Assembly (NCBI RefSeq): GCF_006345805.1
Contig: NC_043005.1
Coordinates: forward strand, 55,118,001 to 55,182,000
Source of the DNA: Octopus sinensis
Taxonomy: Eukaryota
Reading direction: 5' to 3'
Length of the DNA: 64,000 nt
The notes under the pieces were generated by a model. The model was not told the DNA's origin and did no database searches. It was given only the letters and a program-made list of their open reading frames with translations. Made by a program: the position numbers and the translations under genes. Within the stretch, counting starts at the first letter, position 1; every line of letters starts with the position of its first letter. Shown here one piece after another: positions 39,437-52,629 of the stretch.

Positions 39437-42400
39437 AGTCATTACATAAATAAATAAACTTATTATTTGTAATTTCGAGGAAATTTCATCACTACTAGTT
39501 AATATTTTGATTTTTCTCTTTTGTTTTCTTTCATTTCTTTAGGAGTTTCAGTTAAATTTAATTTTTATTAAAATCATATTTTAGTGTTTATTTTGGAAAA
39601 ATTTGTTTTCCGTTCTCATCTTGCAAAATATTTCTCCAAAAATGGATTTGGTCAGTAGAAAAAAACTATTAAAAAGCAGGTTGTATTTCAAATCTTATAT
39701 AAAAGAGAAAGCAAAAAAATACCTTGTTCTTGTATGTATTACATGATATTGTTTCTTTGGGTATTTTATCTAAATGATCAGTTGTGATCAAAAGTAAAAT
39801 TGGCATCGCTACCAATAGCTTTAATTTATGAACGCACTTCTTCAAATACTTTTATATGTCTATGATGCCATTAGATGAATCGTGTTATAAGATAGGAAAA
39901 ATCAATCATTGTTGAGAACAAAGGTATCATTTCATCTGTCTAATGACTTCTACTGAGGTGAGAGTGAAATGTTAAATTATGTCATAGTGTATCTGTCTGT
40001 CTTAGATCCCACTCAAAGTTCATTTTAAAATGTTATTATTCCATTCCGACATAGCTGAAATCTTTGAAAATTGTTTCTACTAAAATTTTACATTAAGAAT
40101 TTCTCTATCAACAAAAAGTCAAAAAGCTTTCAACATTTTATCATCTCTTCAGAATGCTGATATCTTAAAGTAGTTTTCTAATTGTTTATTTGTCTGTTTT
40201 GTTTTGTTTTGTTTTTTTTGTGTGTGTGTGTTTTTTTTGTCTCTTCCAAAATCATTACATTATTTTTACTTATCAGTTTTTATCTCATTAACTTGGTCTT
40301 TTGTTATTTTATTTGAGAATACATTAACTATCTGTATCAAGATGGAAACAAATGTCAAGATAAGATAACATCTATTTCTTTATTATTTGCATAATTGATT
40401 TTATAAACGATTTGCTAACACCTGATGATAAATGTTAACTGCAAATAGCTAGGCCCAGGTGAAGATTTACATATAGCAAAAGAGAAGTAACGCTAGAACT
40501 ATGAATGGAAATTTAAAGTGGATGCTCATGCTACATAGTTTTTAAACTTATTTACTTATTTTATGTATTTATTTTGTTTTAATAGCCTCCGTGTATATGG
40601 ATTGTTTGTATCTCATTTTACATACTTATACAGTTTTCCAAGGTGCACTTCGCTGTTTTTGCTGACCAACTTCAGATAGTTCTGCCACAGAAATACTATG
40701 GCTTTGAGGCAACTGCTCAAATATAGTTAGTTGTTCAACCAGTGTTCTTACTGTAGCCAGCTTGTATTTATTGATGGATTGATGCTAGTCTTTGTAAAAA
40801 CTCTAAGGCTTGATCACAAGGAATATGTTAAAAGACAGATAGCAGATACATCGAACAGGTGAAACAATAGCATAGTTTCTTGGTTGGCTCATTTCTAGTT
40901 TGCACTTCTCTGCTGCTGAGTGACCTTACTGCTTCATGTTTATTTACGTGAGACAGCCAAAGAAAAATATAGATATTAATTTTTATGTTAAATATCTACA
41001 AAAAAAAAATTCTTTTGCAAGTCATGTTGCTTCAGTAAATTTGACAGATCTCAACTAATTTCAATTGTGACATTCCTCAGCAAAAGATAGATTAGTATAT
41101 AAAACTGCTTTCTGCAGTTAAGTGTAGTGAAATTTTGAGTGGATATATCTGATTTCCATAATAAAAGGGTTAAATTGATCAAAAATTAGTACAATTGGAC
41201 TAGTTTACACTTCCAGGGGTAAATCTTACTGAAGCTGTTCAAACCTTTAATCAATCTGGAGAGATGCTGGTTGACACAATGAAAAGCAAGTATTTCCTCG
41301 GAAATACTTCTGTGAACAAAGGAGAAACAAAGTTATCATAACCCCAGTTGTTCTCCACTAAAAGTGTCCATATAAACCCCCAAATGAATTAGCTTCCCTT
41401 TATATTTCACCACACCAGTGGTTGAAACAAGGATATTTCATTACTCATTTGTATATGTCTGCAAATGAAGATGGCATGTTTTATGATGCGGATGATTAGT
41501 TGCTGCTATTGCTGCTAAATAGGAAACCTTCTTGAAAAGTGTAATTTATTTATTTATTTGAAAATATTTATTAAAACTCGCACTAAAAACTGATTTATTA
41601 ATTAGCTTTGATATTCTAATTGATTCGAATAGTCAGCGATTTATAAAATGAAAATGCCTGATGTTCTGCTTTTGAAATACTTCCTTTGTTTATTGTTTTT
41701 ACTCTGCTATATTTAATAAATTATTTTTCCTGGAAAGTTCTGTTTATTATTCTTGTGAAAGATATTCCAATCAAGAAACCAGGTTTGCCTATCAGCTATA
41801 ACGACTAATCTTTCAATGAAAGATTATTTTCTAAATATAGAAACTTTTGTTCATGGATTATTGAAATTCCATGATTTTATTAATGACATACAATTATTAC
41901 CATATTCATCTTGCTGGTTTAATGCTGTTGGGTTTTTAGTTTTATTATTGCTGTATTTGTTGTTATTCATTTATTTATTTATTTTGATTTATTTAACACA
42001 TTATTGTATTAATTTTAAATTGATATTCTCTTGTAAACTTTAAAGGAATTCTTGTAATCTCTCTCTTTCTCTCTCAATGACATTCTGAATATTTCTTGAC
42101 TATCAAACTCATTTTAAATGTATAAATCAAATTTTTATTCTTCATTTCCTGCATTCATATTTCGTGTATGTTTGAATACTTTTTCTTTAATAAACAATAG
42201 TTTGGCTGAATTTAGCAATCCTAATTTTAGTGTTTAGCAATTTCTTCACTTAATATACAGCATTTGAAAAATGTGTGTGTGTAATTATAAGCGTAAAGCT
42301 CTAATGGAATGGAAAATGCATCCTACTTTTAACAATAAAGGCTATAGACTGTAAATCTAAGATGTTCTACATCATTACTCATGAGTGTTTTGTTGTTTCA

Positions 42401-42784
42401 CCCCAAGGCACTCCTGATGGGTCTATCAAATGCATTTGAACTGTGACCATCTTTTTAGGGGTTCTCTAGGATTATGTTATCTGTGTCCATTTCCTTTTTT
42501 TAACATTCTAGCATGTGCTTTAAAGGAAACTTGGTTGCTATTTCTTGCAAGTTGAGTGATAACATACAAGCTACCATATGGTTCAGCTGGGTGGCTTACA
42601 TCTGAGTAGGTCTAATCGGAAAAACATGAGCGTCATATATCAGTATATGTTATGGATAGACTACACACCATTTAAGGAATTAGTAATGTAGCTGTATGCT
42701 TAATGGTCCAATACTTGCAAAAGGCAAATATTGAAAGCTTGAGATACAAAATGTAAGTCCAATTAAAATGCGTATATATATATA

Positions 42785-43173
42785 TATATATATATAATGC
42801 TGAAGTTGTCTGTGTATGGTAGGTTTGGTAGCCTTCAATTAGCACTATCTCCTCCAAGACCCTGCAGTGCAAGTTGACCAAAATTGAGAGTATGATAGAA
42901 GGTTTGCTCTTCCTTCTGTAGAAGAAAAAATTCAAATTGGACCATGTTAACACGAAAAATTATTTACATCAAAAAGGTGCTTTTTTTCTATGAAAATCCC
43001 TATTTTTTACGATTTTTTTTTACTGCTGTGTCGCCATTTTTCGGTGTATTTCAACCAGAAAAATGTTCACTTAAAGAGAATAACAAGCTACATAATGCAA
43101 AATTTTTACTTTCCAAAAATTCCAATTCTAAAGGATGAAAACAAACCTGAGCAATGCCGGGCGATACTGCTAG
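42785..43173 (+). mobile_element. Non-autonomous Helitron (second family)
   Basis: 3' imperfect hairpin CCTGAGCAATGCCGGG then CTAG|T at 43170-73; both ends in (TA)n; 5' TC not discernible. Confidence 0.65.
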
Positions 43174-45735
43174 TATATATATATATATATAACTGGCACT
43201 CTATCAGTTACAACAAGGCTTCTAGTTGATCTGACCAATTGAACAGCCTACTCATGAAATTAACTTGCAAGGTGCTGAGACATGTGCACCATTAACATTA
43301 GTTCTCAGGGAGATTCAGCATGACACAGAATGAATTGCCGGTACAATTCATATTTGCCAGCTAAGTGGACTGGACCAACATGAAATAAAGTGTCTTGCTC
43401 ATATGCAGGCCACTGGGAATCAAGCACATGGCCTTATCACTCTAACCACTAAGCCATGCCTTCACAAGATATATATAAATTTGGGGCAGTGGGATATTCC
43501 TTTAGTTTGGCATTTATAGTCAGTTAAAGTGAAGATGTAGATCACTGCTTTACATATAGCAATGTACAAGGTTCTTTATTATTAGTTAAGATAAAGATTG
43601 CCCAAGGTACACTGATTTGACTAGTTGGAGCTGGAATCTGTGTTAATCACAACTTTAGCCACACTCTGACTCTGAAGACATCCTAACTGTGATCCTGGAG
43701 TTGAAACAAGCATTACTGTGGGCCAGATCCTGCCTGATGTCTGTCTGACATACTTGATATTAAAAGTAACGCAACCTCTTTCTCTCTCATGCGTGTGTGT
43801 CCATTTATAGGCACACACACACACACACATGATATATCAATTATTTCCAATATATTTTTATTATTCTTTAGACCCATGACTACCTTCATAGAATAGACCT
43901 CATCTTCAAAGACATTCCACTCACAAACATTCTTGTCTTGTCAGAGACTGCTTTGTCCGTTGTGTTTTCCTTTTTTTCTTATATTTTAAGACTTTATGGC
44001 ATAATCTGAAATAGATTTGGTTATTATTTCTAGCAGGCCGGTAATCATATTTGGGCCATCAATGTGGCATCCATATTGCTATCTATAAAGAAATTAGATT
44101 CACTCCTCACTTTCATTTCCAAATCACTTGCACAGTTGCAGGGGTCAGCTGTTGAGGTGTTTCACTGGAAACCTATAATTTGTCATTGAAATAATGTTTT
44201 TATGTGATCATATCATTAGTCTAACAGTTTATGCTGAATGCTATTGTTAAGAGTAACATTTTATGTATGCAAGAGAATAAACACAATATTGTTATATTTG
44301 ACAACACATTCTATCACACAGTTAAACTGAATCTCTAAGCTAAATATTTATATTTTCTTCAGCTAACTGTTTATTTTCATAGATATTAATTTTGGGGGTT
44401 TGTTTTTGCGAAGGCACTTGGTCTAGTTTCATGATGTTTGGCTCATGGTCATGAATCCGTGGTTTCAGTTCCCAGTCATGGAAGCACTTTGCGTCTTTCT
44501 TCATGGCACTTTCATGTTGTTCTATTGTACTCAGCTATGAATGATTGTCAGTTGGGTACTACTGTAGCTCTATCTCTCTGTAGCTGTTCTATCTAAGATG
44601 TGCCACTTGGTCATGGGTAATGTCTGCGCATTAAAACAAGTGGCATAAGCATGCTACATGTTACCAAGTCATAGTTGCTTGCAAGTGCCAGCTGGCTGAA
44701 CTGTATTAATAATCTTCATATAGATTCTGTGTGTATGCTAAGCTTTTATATTCATTAAATAAGATTGGTTGTGAGGTGCTGAATAATGTACATTAAAAAA
44801 AACCTTTCAGTTAATGGAAGTACCTCTCTCCAATGGAAAAGGAAAACAACCTGTCAGTAATTGTGACTCTCAGATGCAAGGAAAGATGATTTCAAGACAA
44901 ATTAATTTTACTAAATAAATTAACATACTTAGGGCAAAATCTTATCTCTGTTAGCAGGATTTATTGGCCCTTGACAGTGTGCTAGTTCTACTCAAACTTG
45001 TTTTGATATAGCTTTTACAAATAGAAAAAGAGTTACAAGAGATTTAAGTGAGATACAATTTGCATAAATTGAAAAATAAAAGTAAGCTGTGAGAGATAAA
45101 TAATTCAAGTAGGCTAATGGCAAGAATTTAGATAAGTTAAGGTCATATGTACTGAATGATGAATAGAAAACATTCTCACTTAATTGAAATTTACCTTTCA
45201 GTTGGAGAAAGAATACAAAAGCCTAGTGGTAGTTGTTAATGACTAGCAAAAAAAAAAAAAGGGTGAGATAATTGTAAATTAAATTATGCAAATGTAATTA
45301 ATTTACAAGCTTAAGGGAAAATATTTTTTTTTATATCCCTTGTTTCAACAAACTTTGTCAAGTGTGTGAACCCAAATGATCATTGATGAAATTTCTTCAT
45401 CTATTTCTCCTCCTTCCCAGTGAGTTTTCCGAAAGTAATAAAATACACCTAACATTTCACATTGATTTCAATGATCTACGTCCACTAGTCTGTATTAGTT
45501 CACTAGTCTATATTAGTTCCATCCATTTCCGAGTAGAATTTTTCAGCAGATAACAAAACAAAAACCTGCTGCACAAGATAGCTTTACAACAAATATCTCA
45601 AATCTTATCTCTCAACTACACAATATTCCAAATATATATCTTTTATTATTATTATTATTTTTATTTTTCCTTTATCTATAGGAAATAAATTTTTATTATA
45701 CAAATTTAAAAAGTACAGTCGTTATTGACTTGACC

Positions 45736-45777
<42 letters not shown>

Positions 45778-47549
45778 GGTTTTATCAATGTACTATTCAC
45801 TTTTTAACTCTTTAGCAGTATATCATTTATATGTTTACAATTTTAAAGCCATTAAAAAATACTTTTGTATCATTTCAATTGTATTTACATCCAATTTCTG
45901 AACATTTATTGTTCATTGCTTTTCATTTTATTTTGTTTTTATTTTATTTTTATTTTTATTTTTATTTTCAAAACATTGGAACAAACACATGAAATCTATT
46001 TTGTTAAGAGAATTGTTTTATTTATATTTACAATTACTGAATGTAACATATTAGAAACTCTGCACCTATTTACTGTCTGGTCTGCTTTGTTTTGTATGGA
46101 CAATTTATTTGCGCTGGTAATAAATATTTTGTGAAATGTGTCTATGTTGTATTTACTGATTCTGTATTTTTCATGATTAGCAATCTACTCTATATTACAT
46201 CTTTCTTACTTATAGATCTGGTTATCAGACTTGAAAAGCATTGTAAATTACTCTTAGATAAATCAAAACACTTATAGACACAAGGAAGTGACTTATCAGC
46301 ATCAAACAGACAGAACATATATTACCACTGTATAGAACTTAGAAGGCTACACTTCATTCGCCTTTTTATTATTCCTGCCATTGTTTTAAATAGTAAATTT
46401 AGTCATTAATATATATTATAAATAATCCAATATATTATGTATTAAACAAAAGCAATATTGTGTGTATATTCATTGAAACCCAAAAAAAAGTATTTGTAAT
46501 TGCAGTTATTTATATAAATTTTGCTTATTCGAATGTTCGCTTTTAGATATCGTGTGTGTAGTTTGTTATTATACTAAATGCAAAATTGAACCTGAACAAA
46601 GAAATATTATTAAGAGAGTTCATCTTATCAGTAACATTCTTTACTAATAATCTCTATTACTGTATTCTTTTAAACTTCATTCTTTATTAAACCTTTATGA
46701 ACCTTATTTATGATGGTATTCTCTTTCTATGTACTTCAGTTAATTTCATAAATAATCAAGTGTTTTAAAGAGATCTTTCTAAAGTTAGTGAATTAGACTC
46801 ATGCTTTTCATCTTGAACTTTCCTGTTGCCAGGTTAAGTTTTGAAAAATATTGACTTTAAACAGCGAAGATAACAATTTTGTATTGTTATGAATCTTGGT
46901 AGCTATTTCCTAAAAACAACTGAACAAAGCTAATTCTCCACAATGTCTTATATCGGAGTACTTCACATTGCACGTCAGAAACGATGTACCCACCTAGCTC
47001 ATAAACAAATAAATCTGTTCACCTTGTCTACAAGTTTTGCTTGCTTAACCCTCTACTTAGCAATGTAAACACACTTGCAACTGAATGGTTAAGTAGTTCA
47101 TTTTGCAATCTTCAAATTCCAGGTTTGGTACCACTATATATAGCAAACTGGTTTAGTATCTTTTACTATAGCCTAAGGTCAACCCAAGCCTTATGAGTGA
47201 AATTATGCCATTTTTTAAACCCCGCTATAAGTGCAGGAATGGCTTTGTGGTTAAAAGATCAGTTTGCAACCTCATTGCCACTCACAATGCATTGTGAATG
47301 ACTTTAATAGATGGAAACTGTGTGGAATCCCATCATGTGTGTGTGTCTTTGTGCCTGTGTTTGTATCCTAATATTGTGGTGTTGGTTTGTTTATGTTCCA
47401 CCGTTGATTTCATTTGACAAACTCCCTTCAAGATGGTATCGCCAGCATGGGCACTGTCCAATGACTGAAACATGTAAAAGATAAAAGAAAAGAATAAAAG
47501 ATAAAACCTCTCAGATTGTACATGTAATTCAAAAATCCAGCCTTGTCAT

Positions 47550-47590
<41 letters not shown>

Positions 47591-47949
47591 TGCTGATTTT
47601 GCCTGAGAAGTATGTTTAGAATATACAGGTGTCTGTGGAATACTTCACCTCATACATATGATTTTATTGAGTTATGTTGTGCAGTCGATTCTGTTTTGCT
47701 GCCACATTCTTTTCTCTCTATTTCTTCCTTCACTGTAGCAATACATTGTGCTCTTCCGAATTGAGGATTCTCTACAAACAACCCCACCAATTTACTCTGT
47801 GCCTTTTTCTTTCATCTTTCTCTCCCTCTTCCCTCTTTCTTTTTCTATCTCACTCTCTCCGTCTCCTTCCCCCCTTTCTCTTTCTCTCTCTCCCTCTGTG
47901 TCTCTGTCTCTCTCGTCTTTTAATTTATTCCCAGACTTTATATTAGTAA

Positions 47950-48465
47950 CCCTTTAACATTTAAAGCACTGGCCATATCAGGCCCAAATATTCTACATGT
48001 TTTATGTTTAAAGAGGACTGATCTGACATCTCGCACCTACCCTACAATGTCATTCATCATCATTATCATCGTTTAATGTCCATTTTCCATACTGGCATGG
48101 GTTGGAAGATTTGACTGAGAACTGGTAAGTCAGTAGGCTGCACCAGGCTCCAATCTGATCTGGCAAGGTTTCTACAGCTGGATGCCCTTCCTAACCCCAA
48201 CCACTCCGAGAGTGTAGTGGGTGTTTTTTATGTGCCACCAGCATGGGAGCCACTCATGTGGCACTGGCATCGACTACGTTCAGATGGTGCTTTTTACGTG
48301 CCACCGGCACAGGAGGCCAGTCGGTGGGGAACTGGCATTGATCATTTTAGAAAATAAATAATCACATCATCGAAATCTGAAAGCTACAAGATAACGCACA
48401 ATTAATTTAAAACGATGTGAATAAATGACCATTACATTTGATAAAGTAATCTGGATGCTAAAGCG
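47950..48465. mobile_element. piggyBac-like MITE with nested family D insertion (~48055-48340)
   Basis: GTAA|CCCTTTAACAT ... ATGCTAAAGCG|TTAA ends; the sibling copy ends AAAGGG|TTAA at ~56477-81. Confidence 0.7.
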
Positions 48466-49000
48466 TTAAACTGTTTTCTATTTACCAGATCTGCATCCAC
48501 ACGAAGCTTCTCTCTTTTCATACATTTTTCATTAATAATTCCCCATCTTGCAACAATAACAACAGCAACAACAACAACGACCATAACCACTTATTGTATC
48601 AGATGACCTAGAAGTGCTAAAAATAGCTTTTCCCTCCCGGCTAATAAATAAGCATGATAAAAAAAAGCAAACAAAAGCAGAACAAAAAAAATAGAGAAAG
48701 TAAAAACAATAAACTGAATTTTGGTCCAATTACCTATATATACGAGACTGTAATTTAAATACATTTTATATTATTATAAAAGTTAATAAAGATATTATTA
48801 ATGTTCCTCATTTTATGTACACACACATACACACATTTTAAATATTTAAAATACAAAACTGTTTCCTTTTCTTCTTCTAAATTGTTGGAAAATATATGAA
48901 GTGTAGAAAAAGGTATAACAACTTTTCTTTGATCAGATATTAATGGTAACACATGCAGCAATTAATAAGTGTTCCATAAATACAAATATTCATGAAAAAC

Positions 49001-49002
<2 letters not shown>

Positions 49003-49046
<44 letters not shown>

Positions 49047-49057
49047 TATTATTATTA

Positions 49058-49094
<37 letters not shown>
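49003..49094. repeat. (ATT)n microsatellite
   Basis: Triplet run. Confidence 0.97.
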
Positions 49095-49095
<1 letters not shown>

Positions 49096-50027
49096 TTTTT
49101 TTTTATTTGTTATTTGTGTTCCATTTTTATTTAATTTTGTTCCCACCAATATTATATTATTTTAATTATTTTAATGTTGACAACTGAAAGTGATTTAAAG
49201 CCTCAGAAATTATTTGATAAATTTCTTTCTTTAATCACTTCCCCACCCCTTTCCTCACTCCCCCACATCCATCATCAGTGATCAATGATCGATGTGAGTG
49301 AGTACAGTATTTCAGATTGGCTGACAGATTATCGTCTTCAGCCATGTGAAAGGGCATGAATAGCTTCAAGGAGTTTCCATGCCTTTGATCTGTTGTCAGT
49401 AAGAGCCAGTTATTATAGATGGGCCGCTAGTTTGGCAACTTGAAAAGAGTGCAGCTCAACCAAGATTGAAGACATTTTATGGGTGTATGAATCTAGAAAG
49501 GAATAGCCACCATAAATGATTCTCCCAAACGATGTTTGATCACAACTTTTGTACTGAAAAGCTTATAAAAGGTGTTATAATTTTATAGAAAAATCAATAA
49601 ACTTTTATTTTATATACTATCTGACTGTTGAGAAATGAGAAAAGGAAATCAAGACCATGTTCACTCATATTTGTGTGTGTGTGTGTGTGTGCAGAGGGGC
49701 ATGGGTTGTATGTCTCTTCTCATATTGATTTTGTTTGAAAAGGCACAAGACAATTTTAGTGGGAGGGCTTAGTTGTCATAATCAGCCTTAGTTTTATGAT
49801 TTGCCCCTGGGGAGAAGCAAATCAATGTTGGATTTGGTGATATGTGAACTCAGAACTAATATGACCAAAGAGAAATGTAAATGTGAAATATTTTTATGAA
49901 GTGTTTTGTAGAATTTTGCTGTTCCCTATTTACCTATTTTTTTCTTTTTTTTTTTCTTACTATTCGAAAGAGCTTTATTGTTTTTTAATAACAAAGTTAC
50001 TTCTTTGTGTTTTGAAATCTGTATCTA

Positions 50028-50908
50028 CAAGGTGGTATCAAAAAGTTCTGGGACTAGTTATGTTTAATAGAAAATAATTTATTTATCTAATTTTTGAAAT
50101 CATCTCCTTTGAAACAGTCACCTTGCACAGCAATACACTGGTTCCCAGCATTCCTGCCACTTTTGGAACCTGCCCTGGAAGCCATTGCAATTTTCTCTGA
50201 ATCTCAGCAATGATGTTAAATGGTGACCTTTGAGCTGCATTTTCATTGTGGAGAAGAGCTGGAAGTCCACAGGAGTTAAATCTGGTAAATAGGGTGGGTG
50301 CAAAAGTAATATTATGTTGTTTCTGGTGAGAAACTCGCAAGTGAAGCGAGCTTGGTGACAGGGTGCATTGTTATGAAGAATCCAATTCATGCTCCACAGA
50401 TCCGGTCACTTTTGCTAAATGTCTTCTTGCAAATGCTTCAAAATATCGCAGTAGAACAATCAATTGATGGTCTAGTCCTGGGGGATGAATTCTCAATGCA
50501 CAATACTACATTTCTGGGGTTGACGCTCATGGCAGGTCTTCCAGATTACTGATTGTCTTCCAAGGACATTCTGCTTTTGAAGCGCCCATGCCACCTGAAA
50601 CATTGCATACAACTCATTGCCATAAGCTTGCTGAAGCATGCTCCATGTCTCTTCTCTGTAGCAGACTTGTGAAGTTTAATGCAAAATTTCATGTTGGCTC
50701 TTTGTACCTGTCCATGAGAAAATCACACTACAGCATACATGAGATCACAAAAGCACAAATTTCACAACTTGCGAAATGAAACACAGTGATGTCACTTGGC
50801 ACGCTGCCTCATGAAGGTCACTGTTGGCCTTTGCTGCACGTGCAACTGTGTACTGCCATTTGTTAGTGTGCTACAGAACTTATCCAGGAACTTTTTGATA
50901 CTACTTCA
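50028..50908 (-). mobile_element. Decayed mariner element with both TIRs, ~880 bp
   Basis: TA|CAAGGTGGTATCAAAAAGTTC ... GAACTTTTTGATACTACTTCA|TA; transposase remnants ILHNNAPCH and HPPYLPDLTPVDFQLF (cf. HDNARPH, YSPDLAPxD). Confidence 0.88.
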
Positions 50909-51004
50909 TATGTTTTTATACATAAGTTTAGATGTCACAATAATTAAGCTATGTTTCCCCTGTTCAGTCTTACATTAATCTTCAAACCAATTTCTGAAAA
51001 ACGA

Positions 51005-51240
51005 AATGTCTTATTTGTCACTATAACATGACTGTTCTATAAAGAACTATGTTACTGCATTTTTAACCCCAGGAAACCATCTTTTCCAGCTGGTTAACGA
51101 CACACAATTCGATATATTGTGAGTAAGGGAACAAATCATTCCCCTCCAGTTTGGCAAGACCAGTAGACCTTTTCTTGGGGTTAAAATGTAGTAATGTATT
51201 TCTTTGTAGAACAGCCATGTTATAGTGGCAAAATCACATT
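51005..51240. mobile_element. MITE-like fold-back element with ~64-bp terminal inverted repeats
   Basis: 51013-51076 is the imperfect reverse complement of 51171-51234; ~95 bp spacer. Confidence 0.75.
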
Positions 51241-52086
51241 GACCATCTAGTATTGTTACTACTTAAATCTCATTTACAGATTTAAGAACTAGTGACTTTT
51301 CTCGTTAAAATAAAATTCCAGAAAGTGTACACATGACTGTGTGGTAAGAAGTGTACTTATCAACCACATGGTTCTGGGTTCAGTCCTACTGCGTAGCATT
51401 TTGGGCAAGTGTATTCTATCATAGCCCCAGGCCAACTAAAGCCTTGCCAGTGGATTTGGTTGATAGAAGCTCACTCTGTGTGTGTATGTGTGTGTTGGAT
51501 TACCTTCAGAATTTTGTGTCAGCATATATTTTCAGATATATCAGTTTCACTGTTATTTTATACGTTTTTCTGTATTTAAATGTGCTGGCACTGTAGAAAT
51601 GATCATTGGTAATGAATGGTGTAATCAATTAAAGATGTGATTCTCTCCATCCTATCCTTGTCCCTGTCCTTGTTCTTGTTATATGCAGATATGTATGTAT
51701 GTTTTTAGAACTTGGTGTGAAAGCTCATAAATGCTATAAATAATGTGTGTGTGTGTGTTTGTCCCCTCCTCCACTGAAACAAGTAAGTCAATTTTCATAT
51801 GGTATTATGCACTCCACAAGCATTACAGCAATTTCTCCTTAATGAAGTATTCTTTAAAAACAAATACTAAGTAATCAGTGCAGGAATTTCCCTTTGTTTT
51901 CAAATGATTATTACATGTCATAAAGAACAATTGTCTTAACAAAGATTGTAGCATGTACAAGCTGCATCTAAGTGTTTTTGTTCAGCAAGGCTATATATAT
52001 ATATATATATAGCCTTGGATCAGTGGCAAATATGAATATGTAGATTCAATCTCCACTGGAATTCTATGTCATGTAACCATAATATA

Positions 52087-52470
52087 TTGGGTCATCCCAT
52101 AAATAATGCAGTTTTTTTTATACGTCTTATTTTTGAAAATTAAGATAAACAAAGTTCTTTTTTAAATTTAGAATATACTCTCATTCATTTTCTACAATGC
52201 TCTTCCATCTATCTGGTAAACTTGCAAGGCCCCTCTTCCAAAATTCACTTCTCTGTGACAAAAAATACTCCTCCAGCACTGTTCTGACTTCACCTCCAGA
52301 ATTCATATTTTTTCTGTCCAAATGATTTTGAAGACTGCAGGATAAATGATAATCAGATGGGACAATGTCTGGCGAATATGGTGGGTGGGGTATCGTTTCC
52401 CACTCAAACTGCTCCAACCTTTGGAGTGTCATCCTTGCTGTATGTGGCCAAGCATTATTCTGATGGAAGA
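52087..52470 (-). mobile_element. Mariner 3' fragment (second family)
   Basis: ORF WETIPHPPYSPDIVPSDYHL..SLQNHL..LPDRW; TA|TTGGGTCATCCCATAAATAATGC terminus. Confidence 0.88.
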
Positions 52471-52487
52471 ATGAGTATATGCATATT

Positions 52488-52629
52488 TTTATTAATATTT
52501 AGTGGAAACAACAGAGTGACTCAAGGTCCGAGGGTTTCATGTGTTGGCACTTATCAAACTTAATAAGTGCCAATGCACAAAGCCCTTGGACCTTGAGTCA
52601 CTCTGGTGCTTCTGCTAAACATTAATAAA
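52488..52629. repeat. Long inverted repeat, 67-bp arms, 8-nt loop
   Basis: 52488-52554 versus reverse complement of 52563-52629: 56/67 identical, ungapped. Confidence 0.95.

Noticed and set aside
39156-39437. Poly-Tyr/His and poly-Ile ORFs
   Set aside because: Trinucleotide microsatellite artefacts
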